Part shown: in pieces, positions 53,799 to 64,000 of the stretch
Layout: each line of letters opens with the position of its first letter
Position numbering within the stretch: position 1 is the stretch's first letter
Assembly: GCA_964016885.1 (NCBI GenBank)
Contig: OZ024746.1
Coordinates: 10,044,001 to 10,108,000 of the forward strand
Reading direction: 5' to 3'
DNA from: Eledone cirrhosa
Lineage: Eukaryota
Length of the DNA: 64,000 nucleotides
Made by a program: the position numbers and the translations under genes
The notes under the pieces: generated by a model
Seen by the model: only the letters and a program-made list of their open reading frames with translations
Told to the model about the DNA's origin: nothing
Databases searched by the model: none

Positions 53799-54061
53799 AT
53801 ATACTCTTGATATATATATATAATTGTTTCTACTTTTGGCACAAGGCCAGCAATTATCCCAGTACATTACTGGTACTTTATTTTATCGACCCTGTAAGGA
53901 TGACAGGCAAAGTTAACCAAAGTTGATATATATATATATAATGATATATATATATATAATGATATATATATATATAATGATATATATATATATAATGATA
54001 TATATATATATAATGATATATATATATATAATGATATATATATATATAATGATATATAATG

Positions 54062-54093
<32 letters not shown>

Positions 54094-54105
54094 TGATATA
54101 TATTG

Positions 54106-54136
<31 letters not shown>

Positions 54137-54519
54137 AAGAGAGAGATCTCTCTTTCTCTCACTATCTCTCTCATATACATGATTAAGAAAACTTCATTGG
54201 ATTCGTCTGAAGGTGAAGAACATATCTTGAGGAACAACAAAACAATTGACTAATCTTATCACATAAACACATACTCACTCATACACAGATACATACACAG
54301 TCTGCTAGTTGTGTTATACAAGAACTGTTAAATATAATTATAATTTGTTTGTTTTATAGGAAGGCATATTATTTTTTATATAAATAAAGTTTCCATCACT
54401 TTCATTTCACATTTGTTTTTCCATTCAAGATATTTGCATCTGCTGTTGACAGCTCTAGTTCAGCTGGCCCATGGCATACCAATGGATGGTAGAATTCTTT
54501 GTACTAATAAGAACATATG

Positions 54520-54562
<43 letters not shown>

Positions 54563-54839
54563 TAAACCCATATATATATACAATATATATAAAATAAACC
54601 CATATATATATATATATATACACAATATATATATGTATATATATAAAGCCATATATATATGTATATATATATACCCATATATATATACACACAATATATA
54701 TGTATATATATAAACCCATATATATATATATATATGTATATATACACAATATATATATGTATATAAACCCATATATATATGTATATATACACAATATATA
54801 TAAGTATATATATAAACCCATATATATATGTATATATAC

Positions 54840-54890
<51 letters not shown>

Positions 54891-54952
54891 ATATATATAT
54901 ACACACAATATATATATGTATATATATAAACCCATATATATATATACACACA

Positions 54953-54995
<43 letters not shown>

Positions 54996-55148
54996 CATAT
55001 ATATATATACACACAACATATATATGTATATATATAAACCCATATATATACACACAATATATATGTATATATATATAAACATATATATATATATACACAC
55101 AACATATATATGTATATATATAAACCCATATATATATATACACACACA

Positions 55149-55185
<37 letters not shown>

Positions 55186-55651
55186 TACCCATATATATAT
55201 ATATATACACACAACATATATATGTATATATGTAAACCCATATATATACACACAATATATATGTATATATATATAAACATATATATATATATACACACAA
55301 CATATATATGTATATATATAAACCGACATATATATATATATAGAGAGAGAGAGAGATAAATATATGTATCTGTGAGTGTGTGTACACTCAAAGTGTAGTA
55401 CACTGTCTATGAAATGTAAGATACACCTTTTGGGATAAACATACAACTTTCACTTTATGGTGAAAATTAAGAGGAGTGGATATTTCTCCACGTGCAGAAG
55501 TAGTAGAATTGAACAGACTGGTTTCAGGTTTACTTAAACATTCATCAGAAAAAAAATGCACATTTTATTTACATAGAAAAATGAGTAGCTGATAACCCTT
55601 TATAGTATGTACAAACTAACACTCATTTAATTTGTTATTTTTTAACTGCAG

Positions 55652-55780
55652 CTTTTTAAGGGAACATTTCATTACTGTCATGGTCCATACGTCCAGAATG
55701 TTACTAACAGAACGGACTGCTTGAAAGATCCTAGAAACCGGTGGCGCAACCAAAAGTACAACTTTGATAACTTAGGCCAG
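55652..55780 (+). CDS. Cav3: Cav3 exon, domain III turret (LFKGTFHYCHGPYVQNVTNRTDCLKDPRNRWRNQKYNFDNLGQ)
   Basis: Acceptor tttttaactgcag and donor CAG|gttagt. 129 nt. LFKG..C...C..W..KYNFDNLGQ motif with N-glycosylation sequons NVT and NRT. Confidence 0.97.
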
Positions 55781-56651
55781 GTTAGTATTAAAATGATAAA
55801 TTTCTATTGCATGCTAAATATTGGTAACAAACCCATGAGAGAGTTTCTATATGGTGAAATCATAGCAGATATATTCTCCTTCAAATCACACTCTACCAAA
55901 TTTAGATGCTTCTACTCTTATTCAATTTTTAATTAATTAGGATTTTGTATTTAACTCCCTTGCCTTTCTTTACAAGAATTATTCCTTAACCTTTTTTATA
56001 CCAACCCACCTGAAACTGTCCTGGATTTATGCTACAAAACTGGTCGTTTTAAAATGTTTATCCTTATATTAAAACCTTCTATCATAATTTTATTTTAGAA
56101 GTTTTTAAGTAAATAATAGCTTACTAATGAAAATCTTAGTTATTTTGTTGAATTGCTCCAAATTCTTGGTTATTTTCAAAATTAATTGAAACACATAAGC
56201 AGAGTATTTCACTTAAAATATAGTAATGAAAGGGTTAAGACTAATAATCTTGCTTTCTCTTTACTAGAAATGTAAATTTTAAAAAAATTGGTTCAACACT
56301 TGAAGAATGTTTAACTATAAATATTTAGATATATTAGATTGTATATCTTTAGATACACTATCTGAAAATAAATGATGAAATAATCATGGCTGGAAAGCTT
56401 TTGATCATAGATTTGTTCAACCAGGGCTTACTTTGTGGCTGACAAACAACAACGACAATAATTATTTACTGAAATTTATTTCTATTGTCTGTAATCCTAA
56501 TGACATCAATTAAATCCTGTTTGTTGAGTCAATATAGAGATTGACATAGAATGGACCTCAGTCAGTTTTAATGATGAGTGCTCCAATTGTTCAATAAATG
56601 TCGCAGGCAGTTCATGAAATCAATATGCAAGTAGCTGAGCATTCCATAGAC

Positions 56652-56824
56652 CAGGCATGGGCAACCTTGGCAACCTTTTTTGAGCAGTAAACCCCATAGG
56701 ATGTGGCTCATCAAAAGGTGGGCTGCACTACCAAAAACTTCAAGGCACTTTTGAAATCAGGCATGCCATTCAGCAAGCCAAATGGGCCCCATGCGGCTTG
56801 TGGGTCACAATTTGCCCATGTCTG
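56652..56824 (+). mobile_element. hAT MITE
   Basis: TSD ccatagac/ccatagat; TIR caggcatgggcaa / ttgcccatgtctg. Confidence 0.88.
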
Positions 56825-57287
56825 CCATAGATGCATATATCCTCAATGTAATTTGAGAAGATGGCATTAAAACGTGTGTCCGATTAAGTCTTCCACTGAA
56901 TGAAACAGAACTATTCTTGTAAGTGTCACCTCTCAAAGATATGTATATATATAAAGTCTAAAGTCGGTCTTAAGCCAAAAGGCTCATTTGGCCAGTGCTT
57001 ATCCTGGTTTCATGGTGTGAAGCGACTGAGAGTACAAGACTCCCCTGGACAGGATGCCAGCTGGCTGTTTGAATTACAGGTACCGTCCATTCAACAGCCT
57101 TCCAACCAGTTTCCATCTATTCAATTTTACTCTTATAGTTATCATCAGTTATTAGTCCAACAGTTCGGTGGTCGATCTCTAGCATTGAATCTAGGTCATG
57201 TTGACATCACCCAACCAGAAGATCAGTTGAATTGAATAAAAACAAAAGATACTTTAAACTATTATGTTGTTCATACAATTGGATTGT

Positions 57288-57661
57288 ATAGTGGTTAGAG
57301 CATTGGCCTTGCAATCAAAAGGTTGTGAGTTCAATTCTCAGACCGGGTGATGTGTTGTTTCCTTGAGCAAGACACTTTATTTTACATTGCTCCAGTTTAC
57401 TCAGCTGTAGAAATGAGATGATAGGGACTGGGGTCCCTATCATTCCACTACAAAGTGGTCGTGGAGGTGCCACAGCAAAAAAGCACCCAGCCCACACTGT
57501 AAAGTGGACGTGGAGGTGCCACGGCAATAAAGCACCCAGCACTCACTGTAAATGAGGTTGGTGTTAGGAAGGGCATCCAGCTGTAGAAATCAAGCCAGAA
57601 TCAGTTCCCGTCTCACCCTTGCAAGCAGGGAAAAAGCAGACGTAAAATGAAATGATGATGA

Positions 57662-57665
<4 letters not shown>
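57288..57665 (+). mobile_element. tRNA-derived SINE with RTE-B tail
   Basis: Reverse complement of 29049-29392, with two copies of the ~40-bp internal unit. Confidence 0.9.
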
Positions 57666-57705
<40 letters not shown>

Positions 57706-57857
57706 AAGGTAGAATTATATTAACAATTCTTAAAAGGAAGTAGAGAATTAAAATGATAGTATGCAATTACCAGCTTTTAAGAGAGAATTGTAAAAGAATA
57801 AATATGTTTTTTTTATGAAAGAAGTATAATTTTCCATTAATAACTTTGTCTATATAT

Positions 57858-57896
<39 letters not shown>

Positions 57897-57898
<2 letters not shown>

Positions 57899-58150
57899 GA
57901 GGTAAGTGTGTTGGACTTACGATCATAATGTCCTGGGTTGTGTGTTGTGTTCTTGAGCAAAACACTTCATTTCACATTGCTCCAGTATCCAGTATACTCA
58001 GCTGAAAATGAGTGCCAGCAATAGTTGGGGGTTTAACCCTGCAATGGACTGGCATCTTGTCCAGGGGAGTCTTGTACTCTCAGTCGCTTCATGCCATGAA
58101 ACCAGGATAAGCACTGGCCAAATGAGCCTTCTGGCTTAAGACAGGCTTTA
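57897..58150 (+). mobile_element. tRNA-derived SINE of another family
   Basis: gtgttcttgagcaaaacacttcatttcacattgctccag.., with 3' part atggactggcatcttgtccagggg..gaaaccaggataagc. Confidence 0.75.
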
Positions 58151-58939
58151 GATATATATATGTTTGAGAGGTGACATTTACAATTCGGTGAGAGGGGACA
58201 TTACATTCGGTGGAAGACTTAATCTGACACATTTTAATGCCACCATCTACCCTTGAGTACTTTTCATAGTATCTACTTCATTGCAATCATTCAGATCAGG
58301 TCAGATTTGAGGATACCCCCCTCCAGTCTAGGAAGCCCTGAAAAAAACATTTAAGAGGTTCATAGATGCTGCCCTTCCACCTAAATAAAAAAAATAAAAT
58401 ACCTTACATGTTTGTGTCAGTAAGTTCAGTTAAATAGTATTTCTACAGTTTAACATCATATGGTAAAATTCAACAAACCATATAATGTCACAGTGATAAG
58501 TTCTGTTACAAAATATATGTTCATATAAACTTTAGATATTTGTCAAAATCTGGCAGATGAGCTGTTGTTATTTGTAATTTGTGTACAGAACAGATAAAAC
58601 TGAGTTTATTTTAGTTTCAGTGTTTTGAGTTTGTTTGGAGGGGGGGGGGGCGTATGATCACGACTTTTTTACACACATAACTATGAACACACGTCTTCAT
58701 GTATGTATAAATACACAACTACTTCATATTGATGTATAAATCATGTATCTTTTTTACAGGCATATACTTATACAACTCTCATACAGTGACACTCAGATAC
58801 ATACAAACAATTACACTCATATAGATTTATACACATACTGACATATATATATATATATATAGATTTATGCACGCACTGACATATATATATATATATTTAT
58901 GCACACACTGACACTCACATATATACACAAACATACACT

Positions 58940-59004
<65 letters not shown>

Positions 59005-59211
59005 CACACAGGTTATTTATGTTTATGCTTTTACTCTCATGTTAAAACAGTAGTTTCCTGTTTTGGAGGTTTTTTTTATTTTTATAACAAGATAACTTTT
59101 GATGTTTCTGTGTTTCATTGTTTTTGTTAGATATATATATGTGTGGGTGTATTTATATGTATATTTATATGTGTATATATATATATGTGTATATATATAT
59201 TTATATGTATA

Positions 59212-59650
<439 letters not shown>

Positions 59651-59832
59651 TATATATGTATATATATATATATATATATTTATATGTATATATGTATATA
59701 TATGTATATGTATATATTTATATGTATATATATATGTATATATATATATATATTTATATGTGTATATATATATATGTATATATATATGTATATATATGTA
59801 TATATATATATTTATATGTATATATATATTTA

Positions 59833-60750
59833 TATCATCATCATCATCATCATCACCGTTTTACGTCCGTTCTTCCACGCTAGCATGGGTTAGACGGGTT
59901 GTTCTGCTGTGGGCAGTGTCTGGTCGGCTGACCATGCCTTGCTCATACAGGAACTGATTTGGCTTGATTTCTACAGCTGGATGCCCTTCCTAACACCAAC
60001 CTCATTTACAGTGAGTGCTGGGTGCTTTTCCGTGACGCCTACACGTCCACTTTACAGTGTGGGCTGGGTGCTTTTTTGCCGTGGCACCTCCACGACCACC
60101 TTGCGGTGGGGGTGTGGGGGCATATTGTCTATATGCTTTAGCTTGTACCCATGGGAGGTCGGGTACTCTGTATTACTGCGTGACGCCAGAGGTCACGGTC
60201 ATGTGTCATTGCCTTTGAGAGGTGTAATTGGGTAAGGTCGGCTTTTAACACCTCATCCCAGGTCATCTTGGGTCTCCCCACTCCACGGTTTCCATCAACT
60301 TCTAGTGCTCTGCACCTTTTTATGCAGCTGTTATCCTTCATACGCATCACATGTCCATACCAGCGCAACCGCCTCTCCTGCACGCAGCATTTGATTCCTC
60401 TTATGCTCAGTCTCTCTCTCAATTCATTTATGCTTTGTCGTTCACGTATATTACTGTTACACATCCATCGGAGCATGCAGGCTTCGTTTCTCTCTAATCT
60501 ACGTAAGTCTTCCACCTTCAGCGCCCAGGTGTCACTACCATGCAACATTGCTGTTCGGATACACGCATCATACAGTCTGCCTTTCATTCTGAGGGAGAAG
60601 CCTTTTGCAGCTAGCAGTGGTAGTAGTTCCCTAAACTTCTTCTATCCCGTTCTTACCCTAGTTATTGTACTTTCTGAACACCCACCTCCGTTGCTAATTC
60701 GGTCACCTAAGTAGCAGAAGCTGTCTACTGTTTCTACAGAGCCCTCCCAG
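59833..60750 (-). mobile_element. RTE-clade LINE (RTE-A), 5'-truncated
   Basis: VDSFCYLGD..KGRLYDACIRTAMLHGSDTW..RRLRWYGHVMRM..GRPKMTW, then 3' UTR and (ATG)n tail. Confidence 0.95.
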
Positions 60751-60794
60751 AGATTGGTGGTACTTGTTTCCTGTGGCTGTTTGCTGATTGCTGT

Positions 60795-60910
60795 CCAGCT
60801 CAGATCATTGAAGCTCACGGTGGAGATGACAAGGGACCGTGACGAGTGGAGAGATGCTGTGCTGAATAAGACCCGTCCCACCCTTGCAAGCAGGGAAAAG
60901 CAGACGTAAA

Positions 60911-60942
<32 letters not shown>
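60795..60942 (+). mobile_element. RTE-B LINE extreme 3' end
   Basis: Peptide [36 protein letters not shown], followed by (ATG)n. Confidence 0.8.
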
Positions 60943-60943
<1 letters not shown>

Positions 60944-61308
60944 TATATATATATATTTATATGTATGTATATATATATATATATTTATATGTATGTATAT
61001 ATATATATATTTATATGTATGTATATATATATATATATATTTATATGTATGTATATATATATATATTTATATGTATGTATATATATATATATATTTATAT
61101 GTATATATATATATATATTTATATGTATATATATATTTATATATAAGATCTTTTAACCATCTTTTGATCTTATATATTATTTATACTCCAGTCCTACAAA
61201 CTGTAGAGTGCTACTTATCCGATATCTGCATTGCTTTATTGTACTACAATAAAACTCACCTCCTACATTATATATATTTATATGTATGTATATATATATA
61301 TATATATA

Positions 61309-61585
61309 TGTCAACTCTGGATGTCGGTGAACATGTTCAGCTAACCTCAGTCTCCTCTGTGTCACTTTTGAGCTGACTTTTGAGAGGCTCCCATACAGCT
61401 CTGAGTTTTTCATCCTCAGTGCTCCTGTGGGAGCCCCTACATGGACACACTGGAAGAGGAAGACCAAGGTTAACGTATGTTGATGCCCTAAGGACAGACA
61501 CTGGTCTGTTGGAGATGCAGGACATGGCAGCGATAATGAAGGACAGAGACCGCTGGAGAGAACTCGTCCATGGATCTTGCCCTAG
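61309..61585 (+). mobile_element. RTE family D copy with 5' inversion
   Basis: 61309-61414 is antisense and 61415-61580 sense relative to 38500-38752. Confidence 0.9.
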
Positions 61586-61997
61586 AGAGATATATATATA
61601 TATTTATATGTTTATATATATATATATCTATATCCAAAATTAAGATAAATCAAATGAATTTAATCTAAATCAAAATTATGGGTGTCATGCCAGAAAGACA
61701 TGCGCCATATCACCTGCAAAATAAGCTCTAAGATTCTAACGAGTAGGTCCGAGCATTTTATAATAACTAGAAATTGATTAACATATAAATAAACATGAAT
61801 AATCACAGGAGATAATTTTTACAAGTGTGATTAATCTTCCTTGGGAAGATTAATCATATTATAAGGTATCTATTTTTGAAGTTCTGGTCAACTTTATTTA
61901 GTTACCTACCTAGCTATGTGTGGTTACACACTTGTAAAAATTATCTCCTGTGATTATTCATGTTTATTTATATGTTAATCAATTTCTAGTTATTATG

Positions 61998-62032
<35 letters not shown>

Positions 62033-62123
62033 TCATATGTATATATATATATATTTATATATATATTTATATATATGTATATATATATATGTATATATAT
62101 ATATTTATATGTATGTATATGTA

Positions 62124-62526
62124 TATATACATAGATATATATATTTATAGATATATATTTATATGTATATATATATATATATATTTATAAGTACGTATAT
62201 ATATATGTATGTCATCATCATCATCATCATCATCACCGTTTTACGTCCGTTCTTCCACGCTAGCATGGGTTAGACGGGTTGTCCTGTTGTGGGCAGTGTC
62301 TGGTCGGCTGACCATGCCTTGCTCATACAGGCATGGTCAGCCGACCAGACACTGCCCACAACAGGACAACCCGTCTAACCCATGCTAGCGTGGAAGAACG
62401 GACGTAAAACGGTGATGATGATGATGATGATGATGATATACATATATATATACGTACTTATAAATATATATATATATATATATACATATAAATATATATC
62501 TATAAATATATATATCTATGTATATG
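62124..62526. repeat. Near-perfect ~195-bp-arm palindrome of an RTE-A tail plus flanking microsatellite
   Basis: 62212-62319 is exactly mirrored from 62329; loop tgctcatac. Confidence 0.95.
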
Positions 62527-62539
62527 TATATATATATAT

Positions 62540-62569
<30 letters not shown>

Positions 62570-62579
<10 letters not shown>

Positions 62580-62795
62580 TAAAATAACAGATTAAAGTTT
62601 AAGCAAAGAATCGCTGCTTTCACCCTTAACGTTTAGTTTCAGGAGATCCCGTTAAGGATGAAAGCAGCGATTCTTTGCTTAAACTTTAATCTGTTATTTT
62701 AATAAATATTTGCTCTACGGTTCTTATATATCTGATATATATTTATCCTTATCGAGCCCTCTTTGGATTTTAGTCTTCAAATTTATTATTATTAC

Positions 62796-62800
<5 letters not shown>
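62570..62800 (+). mobile_element. Fold-back mini-element with ~60-bp arms
   Basis: atttattaaaataacagattaaagtttaagcaaagaatcgctgctttcacccttaacg pairs with cgttaaggatgaaagcagcgattctttgcttaaactttaatctgttattttaataaat. Confidence 0.8.
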
Positions 62801-62851
<51 letters not shown>

Positions 62852-62852
<1 letters not shown>

Positions 62853-63306
62853 CATCATCATCATCATCATCATCTTCGTTTAACGTCCATTTTCCACGCT
62901 AGCATGGGTTAGACGGGAGTTGTCCCACTTGAGGCAAGGTTGGTCGGGTGACCATGTCTCACTCATATAGGACTATCTGGCAGGTTTTCTACGGCTGGAT
63001 GCCCTTCCTAACACCAACCACATTTACAGTGTGGAACTGGGAACTTTTTACCGTGTTACCTACACAGCCACATTACAGCGTGGACTGTGCGTTTTTTCTC
63101 GTGACACCTACACGATCTCGATCTCGATCTCATTATCTCATTTATTTGGACTGGATGTTGTGGTACCAACTTTATAGAGAGAGGGTGGTGTTGGTGGGAG
63201 TGGGAGGATAGGTTAAGGGTAGTGGATTGGGATGTAATTTGGTTAAGAGGTGCCTACTGACTGTAGGTTTCGCTTTGTACATAGGCAAGGCGGGTCTTCT
63301 GTATTA
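62852..63306 (-). mobile_element. RTE-C 3' UTR, ending 70 nt upstream of the pore-loop exon
   Basis: (CAT)n tail; ends in gggtcttctgtatta, as at 21800 (the RTE ORF terminus). Confidence 0.75.
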
Positions 63307-63376
63307 TATATATATATATGTATTGTAGTTGGCTTTAATTTTTATACTGTTGAATTTTTGTTTTTTTGATATTTAG

Positions 63377-63466
63377 GCTTTGATGGCTTTGTTTGTCTTG
63401 GCCTCAAAAGATGGCTGGGTTAGCATTATGTACACAGGCTTAGACGCTGTTGGTGTGGATCTGCAG
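63377..63466 (+). CDS. Cav3: Cav3 exon, domain III pore loop ([30 protein letters not shown])
   Basis: Acceptor ttgatatttag and donor CAG|gtaaga. 90 nt. The SKDGW filter has Asp in domain III, as in the EEDD T-type filter and unlike Cav1/2 (Glu) or Nav1 (Lys). Confidence 0.98.
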
Positions 63467-64000
63467 GTAAGATTTACTCAATGCTTTATTTTCAGGCCAT
63501 AAATAATTCATGCTTTGAACAAATATTTTTAATACCTTGTTTATTGTTATCACAACTTCAGTCGAGAGAGAGGAGGGATGGAATTATTATTTTTTTAAAT
63601 CCATATTCTAATTCTGGTAACATGAAAAAGAAAAGGATGAGGATGGAAGAGAAAGAAAGAGAAGGGTGGGGTAGAGGCAGCATAAAGTAATTTATATTTG
63701 ATATTCCCTGTTCATTCTGCAGCAGATATTACTGAAATGTTAAACATTTATCAAGTTTCTAATCTCTTTTGAGAGTAAATATGTGATTGGAATACGAATA
63801 GCATTCTTCCTTGATATTTCAGTCAATTATTTTATTTAATTCCAGTGAGTTGACAGATAGCATTAGTTAACGAATTCTGGTTTTAATTTTTTTTATTTCT
63901 GCATTTTATCTCTTTCCAATTAACTATAATGTAAGAAAATTTTATCAAATTTTCATTTTTTTTTTGTTTTATTAAATTTATGAATTTATGAGAGGGGTTT

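Overview
AT-rich animal genomic DNA, most likely a coleoid cephalopod (octopus-like). That assignment is an inference from the tRNA/Nin-type SINEs, the RTE LINEs and the extreme (TA)n content. The whole window lies inside one + strand gene for a T-type voltage-gated calcium channel alpha-1 subunit (Cav3). Seven phase-compatible GT-AG exons (36172-63466) encode the end of the II-III linker and domain III from S1 to the pore loop (SKDGW, with the T-type Asp). The first 36 kb is intronic but contains several candidate microexons. The introns are packed with microsatellites, SINEs, RTE/Tx1/R4-type LINE fragments, piggyBac/hAT/Tc1 MITEs and a decayed Penelope-like element. The most unusual signal is about a dozen 100-250 bp fold-back mini-elements lying in or next to (TA)n tracts. 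They have a 5' inverted arm and often the GAAA-stem III half of a hammerhead. Most end in a bulged stem-loop, CUC-UAC-(loop)-GUA-UU-GAG, that keeps its pairing across otherwise unrelated families. There is also one complete-looking minimal hammerhead ribozyme in the sense strand of the intron, and several large palindromes and long-range inverted repeats that could form ADAR substrates. The many Ile/Tyr-rich ORFs are microsatellite artefacts. All calls were made by eye, without database searches.
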